A stretch of 62,393 nucleotides of DNA from Candidatus Binatia bacterium. Lineage in GTDB: Bacteria; Desulfobacterota; Binatia; HRBIN30. A program made the position numbers and the translations under genes. The stretch lies in NCBI GenBank assembly GCA_046757585.1, contig JBHHYR010000002.1:1-62393 (forward strand). Reading direction: 5' to 3'. How positions within the stretch are numbered: the stretch's first letter is position 1; each line of letters opens with the position of its first letter. A model generated the notes under the pieces. That model ran no database searches and was not told the origin of the DNA. It was given only the letters and a program-made list of their open reading frames with translations. Below are positions 8,021 to 18,619 of this stretch, one piece after another.

Positions 8021-11000
8021 TCAGTCGATGGTCCCGCTGGCGACGACAAACGTCCCGGTTCCGTTCGGAGAGTCGATTGTCACAACCACCGACGTCGACT
8101 GAGGCGGATCCGTATCAGCAGGGTCTGCGTCCGCCACCACGAACTGGAACAGCGTCAAGCCACCCACCAATTGGTTGAAGGAGTGGCCGTCGGGGATGGT
8201 GATGTCCGCGCCGACTACGTCACCCCCGTTTGCCGTGATTGAGACTGTCGAGCCGCCCACGAGGGGATTCAGGAGGTCGTCATGCACTTCCAAAGTAAAT
8301 GCTTGCGACCCCCCTTGCGGGACGGCGAAAGTGGTGGGACTGGCTGCCGGCGTGACGAGGCTGCCAGAAAACGTGATGGCAGTCGTTCCCGACACGAAGA
8401 TGTTGTTGTCCCACACGCCCGTGGTGCCTTGACTGTCCCAGATTCCGTCCAGCGAACCGGCATCAACGAACAGCTCAAATGCGGTGCTGGTGTCGAAGGC
8501 GCCGTTGCAGAGCGGGCTCGGAGGCGTGATCGGACATCCCACGTCAGCGGGCGGCAGCGGGCGGAAGTCTATGAACGGCTCGAGCACGTCGTCCGTGAGG
8601 ACAGTATCGGTTCCCGAGCCAACACAGGGGGGCGTGCTCGTTCCCTCACAGTCGAAACGGCCATTGCCGTTGTTGTCCAGGAACGCTTCCTCACCGCGGG
8701 TGAAGGCGAGAACGGTTACAATCCCGCTTGGAGGCACAGTACCTTCCGACAAAAGGGTTGCCGTTGCCACCCCGGTAGAGTCGGTTGTGGTCGGATTGAC
8801 CACGCTCGCCGCGTTAGTGATGAATGAGACCGAGGTGCCGGGGGGGACGGCGTTCCCAAAGCGGTCGTTGACAAACACCGATATCGTATCTTGAAGGCCG
8901 AAAGTGACACGCCCCGCGATGTTCCGGACCGCCGGAGCGAGGCTGAAGTGATTGACCGCCGGCGGGGCACCTAGAATGCTCACGACCTGGGAATCGACAA
9001 AGATGTCGGGAGTTCCGTCGCCATCGCTGTCAGCCATCGCGGTGACCCGCACCGTCGTCGCGCGGGTGCCACTTGTGAGGGTCGTGCGTACGAACCCGTT
9101 TGGATCCGTCGTCGCGGCGACTGGATCAAGGATCTCAGATCCGCTTCCCGTGAGTTTGAACTGCACGGGGGCACCGGCAATCGGATCACTGCGGGTGTTG
9201 CTTGCTTGAAAAGTCAGCGTCGATTGTTCCGGCAGTCCCGAACCCCTGACGCCGATTTGTGATGGGTCCGCGCTGACGAAAGCGATCGAGCCCAAGGCCA
9301 AAGTTGGCGTGATGGTTGGTGACTCGGTCGGCGTCGGGGTGGGCTGGCCAGTGGGAAAGGGAGTAACCGTTCGCGTGCTGGTTGGTGTCCGTGTGGCGGT
9401 GCCCGTCGGGGTGATTGTAGCGGTTGGTGTTGGTCGTGTGTCTGGCAGGGTGATGGCTCGCACGTCCTCAACGAAATCCCCGGCCGCTGTCTGCACGCGA
9501 GCGCGGACAGTCACGGTGGTTCCTTGCAGGCTTTGCACATACTTGATGCACGACAAGGCGTCGCCTGGCTGCGGTACCACGGTGAAGCTGACGGTGCACG
9601 GCTGGGGCTCGTTCGTGAAGCCCGGGCTCGTGACAGATACACCGGCGACCGGACCCACCAAGCTGAACTCTACCGGAACGCCATCACCGACGACGACACC
9701 GGCGGCGTCGGTCACCACAGCGCCCAGTACGCTCGTGAAGGTCCCGTCACCATTATCGCTCCGCTGGTTCACGATCAGGTCCAGTTTCACGAACGCCGCA
9801 CCGGGAGTGGGCGCTCGTGTACTCGTCGGCGTCGGCGTATTCGCGGGAGGTAACGTGGCCGTCAACGTTGGCGTCGGTGTCTGTGTCGGGACCATGGTGG
9901 CACTCGGTAGAGCTGTGGGGGTTGCAGTGGGAGCGGCGAGGAAGGTGATCAAGCTCTGCACGGTCACCGACCCATTGCCGCCGCCCGGCAGCGAGCCAAG
10001 ATCGGAGTTCACCGTCACAACCACAGCATCAGTTTCAGGTTGTGACGCGTCGGCTACCTTGTCCACAACTGAGAACTGGAACCGGTTGACACCGTCGATG
10101 ATGTGATCGTTCGTCTGCGCGTCCGCGAGCGTGAAGCTGCTGATCCCTGCCACGCGCCCTCTCGTGCCTTCGACAGAGACGGCAACAGTCGACCCCCCCA
10201 CGATCGGGTTGCCCACGCCCGGGTTGCCGACTGGGTCGGGATTGTCGCTGACGATGAGCGTGAAGTCGCGTGCGCCGCCGGCCTCAACAGGACCAGACTC
10301 CGCCGCGAGCAGCACAACACTGGTTGGTCCGGAGAAAGTCGTGCAGATGGTGTCGAAGACAACGAGCTGATCGCTGCACGTCGGTACACCCATCCCCTGA
10401 TCAGCGTCGAACACGCCGTTGCCGTTGAGATCGATGAAGTCCTCATCGTTGTCGTGGACCCCGTCGCAGTTGGTATCATAGAATGGTTCCGGCACGTTCA
10501 GCAGCGTATCGTCGGCATCGCACACACCGTTGCCGTTCAGATCGGTGAAGGGGCGTTCACCCCGTGTGGTTGCCAGGCTTGCGACGATGCCGTTTGCCGC
10601 GATGGGCTCCTGCAAGATCAACGTTGCGGTGGCTTGTCCCAGCGCATTCGTGGTGGCTGGATTCGCGATGGCCCCGCCCTGGGTCGTAAAGGTGACCGCA
10701 GTTCCTGGGGGAACCGGGTTCCCGAAGCGGTCTGCCACGAAAGCCGTGATCTGATCCTCCAGGCCAAAGGTGACGCGTCCGGAGATGTTGTTGAATTCGT
10801 GCGCCAGGCTGAAATTCGGTTGTGAGGGTGGTCCACCCAGGATGCTGACCGGAGTCGAACGTGTGACCAGGTTGATCGTGGGCGTCACAACCTGGGCAGT
10901 GACCTGTGCACTCAGGGCCCGTGCACCGCTGGTCAACGTTACCTGTGCCCTACCGCTTTCGTCTGTGACCGCTTGATTCGGCGCGATGGTTTCGTCTGCG

Positions 11001-13579
11001 ATCTTTGCCAGCGAGAAGTTGAGGGCAATGCCGGGCAAGGGGGTACCGACAGAGTCAGTGACTTCAAAGGTCAAGGTCGATTGCTCCGGGAGCCCCGAGC
11101 CGCGCACCCCGATCGTGGCCGGTTGGGCTCCCACAAACCGGATCGCGGCGGGTTCGGCGGTCGTCCCTGGCGTCGGCGTACCGCCTCCCGCGCTAACGAT
11201 CGGTACCGAGATATTCGTAATTTGAAGCCCGCCGCCGGCGACACGCAAGCTCGCACTGCCCGAAGGAGTGCCAGCAGGGATGATCAAGGTGGCAGCGGCT
11301 TCGCCATCCTCGTTCGTCAACACCGAGCGATCAATGGTGCCAACGGTCGTGGTGAACCGCACCCGCACGTTTTCAACGGAGTTCAGCTCGCTGTCGAAGG
11401 CTGTCACTCGGACGATAGCCAGCCCGTCCGAGTCGCTGGTCACGGAGACCATGGGGGGGCTGACATGTGCCTGCAAGTCGAGGAGGCGGCCGGGGAGGGT
11501 GAGCGCTCGTCCGCTCAAGCTGCTTACCACAGCCCCAACCGAGGCACGCACACGCACCTCACTCGCCTGCTGGAGGATTGGATACCGGAGGCATGTGATC
11601 GCAGTCCCCGGCTGCGGCGAAACCGGAATGCCGGTTTGCACGACGAATTGCGAAACATCGCATGGCGGTATCCCGTTGGTTGTCGAGTTGCTGCTGATGG
11701 CGACGTTGCGTGATGGGTCGGTGTCATCCTCGCTACAGGTGCCGCCGCTACACTCGGCGTCGGTGGCACAGGGCTGGCCATCGCTAGTGCCGCCGGCACA
11801 GACGCGGCGCGCCAACACTTCGAAGAACACCGGCGTGCCGTCCTCGACGGTATTGCCCTGTGCGTCAGTGACGACCGCACTGACGGTCGTCAACAGGGTT
11901 CCATCGTTGTTGTCTACGGAGCGTGAGTTGATCGTCAAGCCGATTCGGCTCACGGGCCCGGAAGTCACGGTGACGACGACCTGTTGTTCAGTCAAGGGCG
12001 AGGGAACGCCGTCGACCGTGGTGTCAGTGCAGGCGGCCACGGTCACGGGACCAGTCTGTGGTCCACTGCGTACCTGGATCACTGCAAAACCTGCCCTGTC
12101 GGAGACGGACACCGGATCGTCAGGTTGACACAGCGTTGTGGGGACAGGGGTGGGGCTACCACTCGGCGTCGGCGAGGTTGGTGGCAGGATGACAGCCCCT
12201 GGGGCACTCTGAGCCGTCACCACGTGGTAGTGGACACGCACGCCTGCCAGCGGATTCCCGTTGTTGTCGAATACCCGGCCGATGATGGAGGCCAACTCCG
12301 TACCGCCAGTTCCAGCTGCCTGGATCCGTGTTGGGCTCGCTCCCAGAGTGACGCCAGCTGGTTCACCCGGCGGAACGCCTGGATTGATCGGACCCGGGCC
12401 CACACGCCCCGCAACGACGTTGATTTTCGTTGAACCGCTCACACCGCCGGCCAGGGCGCTCACGGTATATTCCTGCTCTATCGCCCCGATAGGGATCTGG
12501 AGCACAGACATGGCGATCCCAGCCTCCGAGCCTGTTACCCTAGTTCGGTCGATGAGTGGGCTCGCCTTGCCGACCGGTGTGACAAACAATACATCAATTC
12601 CGTTGATCGGCTTGTTGTCCGCGTCAAGGACCGCAGCGGTGACGTTGATCGTACCGCCGGACTGGCTGCCGACGGTCGCCGGGTCAGCCTGCAGGACCAC
12701 TGAAACCACCGGTTTCGTGCTGACACCAGAGACGATGTTGACGTCGACATTGCCAACCTTGTCGCACGCCAGGGCCGACACAGTGAGGGTTCCGAATGTG
12801 GAGTTCGGCGGGATAGTCAGCCGCGTTGAAGCGTGACCTGGAAGGTCACCATCGGTTCCGGTTGTCTTCACAAGTGGATTGAAGCTGGCAATTCGTGGCT
12901 TCACGTCGAACAGCACGTTGATGTTGGACACCGGCAAATTGTTGGAGTCGAACACCACCGCCGTTATTTGTGGGGTTCCACCGGCCTGGCTGCTGACATT
13001 GAAGGTGTCGGTCTGCACAATGATCGTTTGCACATCGCTACACGGCTGGGGAGTGGGCGTGGCCGCCAAGGAACCAGTCGGTGTCGCCGTGCCAGCGGAC
13101 GGGCCACTCACGATGACCGTCAGGACGGCCGACAGCCCTTCGAACTGCGGGCCCGTGGCAGTCACCGTCAATGCAAACCTTCCGCCCGCGACAGCGCGTA
13201 CGGAGCCCGATAGCAAGCCACTTTCTCCGGTGACGCCCATCCCGCCCTGAGGCGACAACACTTGCAGACCCGCTCCGCTCACCACGCTGATCGGTTGGTT
13301 GGCTGCCGGCTGGCCGGTGGAATCGGTCAGTGTCACGCTGAAGGTTGCCGCTTGACCTGGGACCAGACTGACATCTGCCACCTCGAGTGTGATCGTACCG
13401 GCCGTGGATGTCTCGGTTCTCTGATTGCGAGTCGAGCCGGCCCGCAGAGGCGTCGGCGATGGTGATGGCCGCACACCTTGCGGTGCGGCGCCACTCCCGC
13501 CACCACCACCGCAGTTGGTCGTGACCAACGTCAGGCCGACAATCAGCCCCCACCTCAACCCCGTCATCTGGCGCCCCAT
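8021..13579 (-). CDS. giant secreted, possibly lipidated surface protein with bacterial Ig-like (Big_1/invasin-like) repeats, DxNGNG-type Ca-binding-like loops and Pro/Thr linkers
   Basis: ORF 8021..13615. Start moved to ATG 13579 ([28 protein letters not shown]), which has GAGGAGG 7 nt upstream; the GTG at 13615 overlaps the upstream stop and is an alternative. Signal peptide with a non-canonical lipobox-like TTNC. Repeated Ig-like modules are present (e.g. [22 protein letters not shown]). Confidence 0.85.
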   Translation of the reverse strand: MGRQMTGLRWGLIVGLTLVTTNCGGGGGSGAAPQGVRPSPSPTPLRAGSTRNQRTETSTAGTITLEVADVSLVPGQAATFSVTLTDSTGQPAANQPISVVSGAGLQVLSPQGGMGVTGESGLLSGSVRAVAGGRFALTVTATGPQFEGLSAVLTVIVSGPSAGTATPTGSLAATPTPQPCSDVQTIIVQTDTFNVSSQAGGTPQITAVVFDSNNLPVSNINVLFDVKPRIASFNPLVKTTGTDGDLPGHASTRLTIPPNSTFGTLTVSALACDKVGNVDVNIVSGVSTKPVVSVVLQADPATVGSQSGGTINVTAAVLDADNKPINGIDVLFVTPVGKASPLIDRTRVTGSEAGIAMSVLQIPIGAIEQEYTVSALAGGVSGSTKINVVAGRVGPGPINPGVPPGEPAGVTLGASPTRIQAAGTGGTELASIIGRVFDNNGNPLAGVRVHYHVVTAQSAPGAVILPPTSPTPSGSPTPVPTTLCQPDDPVSVSDRAGFAVIQVRSGPQTGPVTVAACTDTTVDGVPSPLTEQQVVVTVTSGPVSRIGLTINSRSVDNNDGTLLTTVSAVVTDAQGNTVEDGTPVFFEVLARRVCAGGTSDGQPCATDAECSGGTCSEDDTDPSRNVAISSNSTTNGIPPCDVSQFVVQTGIPVSPQPGTAITCLRYPILQQASEVRVRASVGAVVSSLSGRALTLPGRLLDLQAHVSPPMVSVTSDSDGLAIVRVTAFDSELNSVENVRVRFTTTVGTIDRSVLTNEDGEAAATLIIPAGTPSGSASLRVAGGGLQITNISVPIVSAGGGTPTPGTTAEPAAIRFVGAQPATIGVRGSGLPEQSTLTFEVTDSVGTPLPGIALNFSLAKIADETIAPNQAVTDESGRAQVTLTSGARALSAQVTAQVVTPTINLVTRSTPVSILGGPPSQPNFSLAHEFNNISGRVTFGLEDQITAFVADRFGNPVPPGTAVTFTTQGGAIANPATTNALGQATATLILQEPIAANGIVASLATTRGERPFTDLNGNGVCDADDTLLNVPEPFYDTNCDGVHDNDEDFIDLNGNGVFDADQGMGVPTCSDQLVVFDTICTTFSGPTSVVLLAAESGPVEAGGARDFTLIVSDNPDPVGNPGVGNPIVGGSTVAVSVEGTRGRVAGISSFTLADAQTNDHIIDGVNRFQFSVVDKVADASQPETDAVVVTVNSDLGSLPGGGNGSVTVQSLITFLAAPTATPTALPSATMVPTQTPTPTLTATLPPANTPTPTSTRAPTPGAAFVKLDLIVNQRSDNGDGTFTSVLGAVVTDAAGVVVGDGVPVEFSLVGPVAGVSVTSPGFTNEPQPCTVSFTVVPQPGDALSCIKYVQSLQGTTVTVRARVQTAAGDFVEDVRAITLPDTRPTPTATITPTGTATRTPTSTRTVTPFPTGQPTPTPTESPTITPTLALGSIAFVSADPSQIGVRGSGLPEQSTLTFQASNTRSDPIAGAPVQFKLTGSGSEILDPVAATTDPNGFVRTTLTSGTRATTVRVTAMADSDGDGTPDIFVDSQVVSILGAPPAVNHFSLAPAVRNIAGRVTFGLQDTISVFVNDRFGNAVPPGTSVSFITNAASVVNPTTTDSTGVATATLLSEGTVPPSGIVTVLAFTRGEEAFLDNNGNGRFDCEGTSTPPCVGSGTDTVLTDDVLEPFIDFRPLPPADVGCPITPPSPLCNGAFDTSTAFELFVDAGSLDGIWDSQGTTGVWDNNIFVSGTTAITFSGSLVTPAASPTTFAVPQGGSQAFTLEVHDDLLNPLVGGSTVSITANGGDVVGADITIPDGHSFNQLVGGLTLFQFVVADADPADTDPPQSTSVVVTIDSPNGTGTFVVASGTID
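8024..9793 (-). repeat. C-terminal super-module copy 2 of the giant protein (approx. aa 1275-1864 in the 13615 numbering)
   Basis: Collinear with copy 1. [24 protein letters not shown] aligns with [51 protein letters not shown] aligns with [55 protein letters not shown] aligns with [29 protein letters not shown]. Confidence 0.7.
9302..9442 (-). repeat. Pro/Thr-rich low-complexity linker 2
   Basis: Translated [46 protein letters not shown]. Confidence 0.8.
9800..9937 (-). repeat. Pro/Thr-rich low-complexity linker 1
   Basis: Translated [43 protein letters not shown]. Confidence 0.8.
9941..11950 (-). repeat. super-module copy 1 of the giant protein (approx. aa 556-1225)
   Basis: See copy 2. 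Same domain order: Ig-like, Cys-containing segment, linker, [15 protein letters not shown] domain, GRVTFGL domain, DLNGNG loops, and a C-terminal pair of beta-rich domains. Confidence 0.7.
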
Positions 13580-13611
13580 GAAAATGCCTCCTCGGATTGC
13601 GCTGCCCGTCT

Positions 13612-14268
13612 TCACGGCAGACCCGCCGTGGTGCCGGAGGACGGGCAGTTGTCAAAATCGTCGAACCGAACGACATAACTGGTGCTGGTCTTGAACGATT
13701 GGTTCACGTCTGATCCGAAGAAGGTGACCGCCAGGTTCAATGTGCCCGGGAGAATCTGTGCCTTGCGGTCGAAATCTACCAGCAGGATGCCGTTGATTGT
13801 GGTCTCGCTACGGAGACAGGACCCGGTTACCCCGGTAGCGCCTCCGCTGCAGTCGGCGTCCAGCGCGCACGGCCTGGCGTCAGTGTCGCACCTACCACCC
13901 TGCACGTTGCCGTTGAGGACCCCGTTGAACACCTTCAACGAATCCGGCAATCCGCTCTTCGGTCCGAAGTCGACGGTGTAGCGTTCGAGGCGGATATCGG
14001 CCCCTTGTTCGTTGCGAAAAACACCGTTGACTGTTGTCTCGGTGAACGGCTCGAAAACCGGGTTTCCGTCCGCGTCTATCGAGCACAGCTCCTGCATGAT
14101 GTCCACTTCGCCGCTGCTCGGGCGGACGGAATCGGCCTGGGTGATGCCGCTCCCGTCGAAGCCGAGGAAACGCAACACCAAGCGATTTCCACTCGTCGAC
14201 CCACACCCCATCAACGCCAACAATATGACCGCTCGCATCCCCATCGCGGTTCCGTACAGCCGCCGCAT
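13612..14268 (-). CDS. hypothetical lipoprotein (218 aa)
   Basis: AGAGGAGGG RBS. Signal peptide with lipobox LLALMGC. The stop overlaps the upstream GTG of the giant gene. Carries a Cys-rich motif, CDTDARPCALDADCSGG. Confidence 0.7.
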   Translation of the reverse strand: MRRLYGTAMGMRAVILLALMGCGSTSGNRLVLRFLGFDGSGITQADSVRPSSGEVDIMQELCSIDADGNPVFEPFTETTVNGVFRNEQGADIRLERYTVDFGPKSGLPDSLKVFNGVLNGNVQGGRCDTDARPCALDADCSGGATGVTGSCLRSETTINGILLVDFDRKAQILPGTLNLAVTFFGSDVNQSFKTSTSYVVRFDDFDNCPSSGTTAGLP

Positions 14269-14297
14269 GAAACCCTCCTCTTTCGGACGACGATCAC

Positions 14298-15413
14298 TCA
14301 GTGTGCCGCAAGCTCAGCGATCTCGTGAGCTGTCAGGTCCTCGAATCGCGTTTGTCCCACATCCTCGACGCACACAAACTTCACCTTGCCAGCCGCTGCT
14401 TTCTTGTCGCTCTCCATGGCCGATTCCAGCCGCGGCCAAGTCACCTCGCGCGGCAGTTCCACGGGCAGTCCGCTACGCTTCAGGAGCCCTACGAGACGTT
14501 CCATCGTTTCTGGCGTGCAGTACCCACGAGCACTGGAAATCCTGGCAGCAAATGCCATGCCTGCTGCGACAGCTTCCCCGTGAAGGTAGCGCTGGTACGC
14601 CGTTAGACTTTCAATCGCATGCCCGATCGTATGACCAAAGTTCAGGATCGAGCGATAACCGGCTTCCCGTTCGTCGCGGTGTACCACCATTGCCTTCAGG
14701 GCGCAGCACCGGCGTACGATGGCACGGAGCAACTCCTCATCCAGAGCGAGCAGCCGGTCTAGCTCCTGCTCGATGAGCGCGAACAGCTTGGAATCAAGGA
14801 TGACGGCGTACTTGATGACTTCGGCCAAACCGGCGACGAACTCTTTGCGCGGCAGCGTGTGCAGGACATCGAGATCGGCGAGGACGAGGCGAGGCTGATA
14901 GAACGCTCCAATCAAATTCTTGCCAGCAGGATGATTGATGGCGGTCTTGCCACCGACGCTGGAGTCAACCTGCGCCAGCAGTGTTGTCGGCAGCTGCACG
15001 AAGGGGACACCCCGGAGAAAGGTGGCTGCGGCAAAACCACTCAAATCCCCCACCACCCCGCCGCCGAGCGCCAGAATTGGAGAGCTGCGCTCCAGGTGTG
15101 CAGCCACCAAGCGATCGTACACGAACGTTAGCCACGTCAGGTTTTTGTGCTCTTCTCCGTCAGGGATCATGATGCTGGTGGTCTCGAAGCCCGCTTCCCG
15201 CAGCGAGGTGATGACACGGTCGAGATAGAGGGCGCCGACGGTTGGATTGCTGACGATCACTGTCCGGCGGGCAGCACCGAGTGCCGCGAGACGCGACCCG
15301 ACCTCGTCCAAGAGATCGCGCCCAATGACAATGGGGTAGGAGCGATCCCCCAGCTCAACGATGATCGTTTCCAGCTGTCGTTCGGGCGGCTTCTGCGCCG
15401 CACGCGATCTCAC
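14298..15413 (-). CDS. aroB: 3-dehydroquinate synthase
   Basis: GGGVVGDLSGFAAATFLRGVPFVQLPTTLLAQVDSSVGGKTAINH and NFGHTIGHAIE are canonical AroB motifs. The GTG start overlaps the aroK stop (GTGA). Confidence 0.95.
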   Translation of the reverse strand: MRSRAAQKPPERQLETIIVELGDRSYPIVIGRDLLDEVGSRLAALGAARRTVIVSNPTVGALYLDRVITSLREAGFETTSIMIPDGEEHKNLTWLTFVYDRLVAAHLERSSPILALGGGVVGDLSGFAAATFLRGVPFVQLPTTLLAQVDSSVGGKTAINHPAGKNLIGAFYQPRLVLADLDVLHTLPRKEFVAGLAEVIKYAVILDSKLFALIEQELDRLLALDEELLRAIVRRCCALKAMVVHRDEREAGYRSILNFGHTIGHAIESLTAYQRYLHGEAVAAGMAFAARISSARGYCTPETMERLVGLLKRSGLPVELPREVTWPRLESAMESDKKAAAGKVKFVCVEDVGQTRFEDLTAHEIAELAAH

Positions 15414-15931
15414 GTCTGCACCCCCTCGCTGGGTGTTCGGCGCAGGAAGGCGAGGATCTCTTCTAGGACGGCTGTAGCGCTGCGGTCCGATGTATCGATC
15501 GTCACGTCAGCCCGAGCGTATACGGGCGCACGCTCAGACATGAGCTGGCGCACGCGCGTGCCCGGCTCACTGCCTAGTAGCGGGCGAGTGTCATTCGGAG
15601 CGGTGCGTCGTAGGATGACGTCGATGTCGGCGGTCAGGCAAATGATCGGTCCTGCGGCATGCATTCGTTCATAGTTGGCCTGGTCGACAATGGCGCCGCC
15701 ACCGGTGGCGATGACCGCGTCCTGTCGGACTGTCTCGGCGATCACGCGTCTCTCGATCCGACGGAAATACGGCTCGCCTTTGGTCGCGAAGATGGACGCG
15801 ATGGAGGTTCCCTCCAGCTGCTCGATACGATGATCCGTGTCAATGAACGGTTTGTGCAGACGCGCCGCCAGCAGTCGCCCGACGGTGGTTTTCCCCGTTC
15901 CCATGAAGCCAGTGAGGATCACGCTCATCAT
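15410..15931 (-). CDS. aroK: shikimate kinase
   Basis: ORF 15410..16054. Start moved to the internal ATG at 15931 (MMSVILTGFMGTGKTTVGRLLA), just upstream of Walker A. The region further upstream overlaps the pilQ 3' end. Confidence 0.9.
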   Translation of the reverse strand: MMSVILTGFMGTGKTTVGRLLAARLHKPFIDTDHRIEQLEGTSIASIFATKGEPYFRRIERRVIAETVRQDAVIATGGGAIVDQANYERMHAAGPIICLTADIDVILRRTAPNDTRPLLGSEPGTRVRQLMSERAPVYARADVTIDTSDRSATAVLEEILAFLRRTPSEGVQT

Positions 15932-15986
15932 CACCGCCGGGCCTCTGCCGCGTCGTGGCACCGTCTCATCGCGTGGCGTGTCCCGA

Positions 15987-18149
15987 CTACCCTTCCGTGC
16001 GCGCGTTTCGGTTCTTCCAAAGATCCTGTGCCGATGGCAGCTCGGGCGAGACACCGGTCATGATGCGAGGTGTGAGAAACACGAGCAGGTCTTCGCGCCG
16101 GTTGGACCTGCTGAGACTGCGGAAGAGCCAGCCCAAGCCAGGAATGTCCTTGAAGAAGGGGATACCGGTCCGCTGATCGTTGAAGTTTTCGCGGTAGATG
16201 CCGCCCAGTACTATGGTCTGACCATCCTTAACCAGGATGTGCGAGTTTGCCTCGCGGCTGATTTCGGTCGGAATCTGATCCACCGTTCGCGTGAAGTCGG
16301 CTTGGCTCGACTTGGCGAACATGTCGAGCAGCACGAAGCCGTCCGATGAGACCTGGGGAGTCACGACCAGGACGATTCCGGTCTCGATCTTCTCGGTCGC
16401 TGTGGACTGGCCGCCAGCCGCGCCGCCCGCTCCCGTGTTGATGACCGTTCCGGTGGAGGGCAGTTTCACTCGGATGATGGTGAGGCTCTTGATCGTGGCA
16501 GCGACGTTGTTGAGCGTTACAACCCGGGGACGCGAAATGACCCGTGCCTTGCCTTCCTTTTCCAGCGCGGTCAGGCGGGCGTTGAGGGCATGCTCCCCAT
16601 CGAGGGATCCAAGGGCCAAGTCGAGGGCGCTCCCCGCTCCAGGCACGACGCCGTTGGCGGGAAAATCGGCGATGAACGGTACGCCGCCGGTGCCAGTGCC
16701 GAGCCCGGCTCCCCCTACACCGATCGTCCCGGGGAAGTTGACCCCGGTTGTGTTGCCGGTCTGTGGACCAACCGACGCGCGATAGCCCCACTGGATACCG
16801 AGATCACGAGCGAAATCAGTGGTCGCTTCGACAATGTTCGATTCAATCAAGACCTGCGGGGCTTGCACGTCGAGACGACGAACCAGCTCACGTGCGTTGT
16901 TGACGCCCCGCTGGATGTCGCGCACAATCAACGTGTTGGTGAACTCGTCGACCAGCACGGTGCCACGGCGCGTGAGCACTCCATCCTCTTCTTCTTCTTC
17001 ACCTCGCCCGGTGCGCCCGAACTGGCCTCCCCGGGATTGGAGACGGAGCGCTGCTGCTGCCGCCCCGCTGATGATTTCCGCCAGTTTGGTTGCCTTGGCA
17101 TAGTTGACGTGTAGATACGCCACCCGCAGAGGCTCTACGGACTTTGCCGCTTCTTGCGCCCTACGGAGCTCCTCGCGCTCCTCGCGCAACCGTTTGACCG
17201 TCGAAATGCGAATGACGTTGCCGTCGCGTACACTTTCCAGGTTCAGTACTTGCAGGACAATGTCAAGCGCCTGGTCCCACGGCACGTCGAAGAGGCGGAG
17301 CGTCACCTTGCCGCGCACATCGCCGGTCGCCACGATATTCAATTTACTGACTTCGGCCAGCAGGCGCAGGACGTTGTGGACATCAGCGTCTTTGAAGTCC
17401 AAAGACACGTGCCGGCCCTGATAGCCTTTGCGGACGAGTGAGGACTCCACCCGTGCCCCGCCTTCCTTTTTGGAACGCGGCTTGCGTTCGGGAGCGGAGC
17501 CCGCACGCGCGGCAGCCGGTTGCGTGGTGCGCGCCTCTCGCAGACCGGGCGTGGCTTCCGCAAGCGGCTGCTGCTGTTCCTGCTCCACCGCACGCCGCGT
17601 GAATACAAGTTGCTCGCGCACCGGCCGTGTTCCCCCGGTCGGTTCCCCGAGAAACGCCACAACGGTGTCGTTGAGGTCGTTGACAGTATAGGCTGGTGTA
17701 GCGTCACCTCGCAGCGCCAGTGTCAGCCGAATCGTTCCTTCGTGCCGTGCGACGCGAACTTCGGAAATCAGCGGATTCTGAACGGCGTACTTCTGCGCAC
17801 TCGCCTCCGCTTCGCCCTTGCCACCGGTGATGTCGATGACCAGGCGCGTGGGCTGTGCCAAGAGATAATGCGTGACCGCAGCCGGCGGACCGGTCAACTT
17901 GACGAACAAGCCCTGCTGCCCGTTGTCCTCGATGAGTTTGATCTCGCGGATGTCCAGCCTGGCACTTGACGGAGCGTCCAGGGTCGGGGCCGTTTCGGTC
18001 AGTTGCTGGTGTGTCCCTTGCAATGGAGATGTCGCCGAAACTGCAGATTCCTTCGAGACGACCACTGGTCGGGCGCAGCCCCCGATGGCAAGCACACCGA
18101 GCAACGTAATTCTCCACCACCCCGTACCCGCACCGCTCCATCGTATCAT
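15987..18149 (-). CDS. pilQ: type IV pilus secretin PilQ
   Basis: C-terminal secretin domain (VISRPRVVTLNNVAATIKS; GIPFFKDIPGLGWLFRS). Two AMIN-like N-terminal repeats. Start at ATG 18149 (MIRWSG...), which overlaps the pilP stop (ATGA). N-terminus ends in LAIGGC. Confidence 0.9.
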   Translation of the reverse strand: MIRWSGAGTGWWRITLLGVLAIGGCARPVVVSKESAVSATSPLQGTHQQLTETAPTLDAPSSARLDIREIKLIEDNGQQGLFVKLTGPPAAVTHYLLAQPTRLVIDITGGKGEAEASAQKYAVQNPLISEVRVARHEGTIRLTLALRGDATPAYTVNDLNDTVVAFLGEPTGGTRPVREQLVFTRRAVEQEQQQPLAEATPGLREARTTQPAAARAGSAPERKPRSKKEGGARVESSLVRKGYQGRHVSLDFKDADVHNVLRLLAEVSKLNIVATGDVRGKVTLRLFDVPWDQALDIVLQVLNLESVRDGNVIRISTVKRLREEREELRRAQEAAKSVEPLRVAYLHVNYAKATKLAEIISGAAAAALRLQSRGGQFGRTGRGEEEEEDGVLTRRGTVLVDEFTNTLIVRDIQRGVNNARELVRRLDVQAPQVLIESNIVEATTDFARDLGIQWGYRASVGPQTGNTTGVNFPGTIGVGGAGLGTGTGGVPFIADFPANGVVPGAGSALDLALGSLDGEHALNARLTALEKEGKARVISRPRVVTLNNVAATIKSLTIIRVKLPSTGTVINTGAGGAAGGQSTATEKIETGIVLVVTPQVSSDGFVLLDMFAKSSQADFTRTVDQIPTEISREANSHILVKDGQTIVLGGIYRENFNDQRTGIPFFKDIPGLGWLFRSLSRSNRREDLLVFLTPRIMTGVSPELPSAQDLWKNRNARTEG

Positions 18150-18619
18150 TGCCGCTCCCGCACTGGCTGGTTGGAACCTTCCTCTTTGGGGGTTTCCAGA
18201 ACGATCCGGTTCACTTGTTCCTTGCCATAGAAGTCGAGCACCCGTTCTTGCACGACAATACGCTCGGGTTCGATCGCCGTCACCACGCCGCCGTTGGGTC
18301 CGATCGGCGTGCCGAGCGTGACGATGTATCCCATGCCGGCGCTGTCCTCGAGCATGGCACGCGGTGGCCGCACTTCCCACACGGTAGCGACGACGGTGAG
18401 CTGCCCGAGCTCGTAGCGTTGGAGAGGTGTCAGTCGGGCGCGCGCCCGGGGATGGATGTCAAGGGTGAAAGGCCGGAACGGGTCGCGACGGCCAGCAGGG
18501 TTGTACGGCTGGCTGTCGCGACCCGCCTCCACTGGCTGTACCGGGGAGTCCGGCGCGCCGTACGCGACTGAAGCCGCCGCCAGAAGCACCGCAACCCACA
18601 CCAAACGACGTGCTGTCAA
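18146..18619 (-). CDS. pilP: type IV pilus assembly protein PilP
   Basis: Lies between pilO and pilQ. TTG start overlaps the pilO stop (TTGA) and is preceded by AAGGGAGG. Hydrophobic N-terminal anchor (LVWVAVLLAAASVAYG). Confidence 0.7.
   Translation of the reverse strand: MTARRLVWVAVLLAAASVAYGAPDSPVQPVEAGRDSQPYNPAGRRDPFRPFTLDIHPRARARLTPLQRYELGQLTVVATVWEVRPPRAMLEDSAGMGYIVTLGTPIGPNGGVVTAIEPERIVVQERVLDFYGKEQVNRIVLETPKEEGSNQPVRERQ

Noticed and set aside
13580-13615. GTG at 13615 as the start of the giant protein, as in the ORF track
   Set aside because: Not excluded, since it forms a GTGA overlap with the upstream stop. However, the internal ATG at 13579 has a strong GAGGAGG RBS and gives a standard-length signal peptide, so it was preferred.
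8021-14268. PEP-CTERM sorting signal on the two surface proteins, which would link them to the exosortase-like EPS locus
   Set aside because: Neither C-terminus (...FVVASGTID and ...SSGTTAGLP) shows a PEP motif followed by a TM helix and a basic tail.
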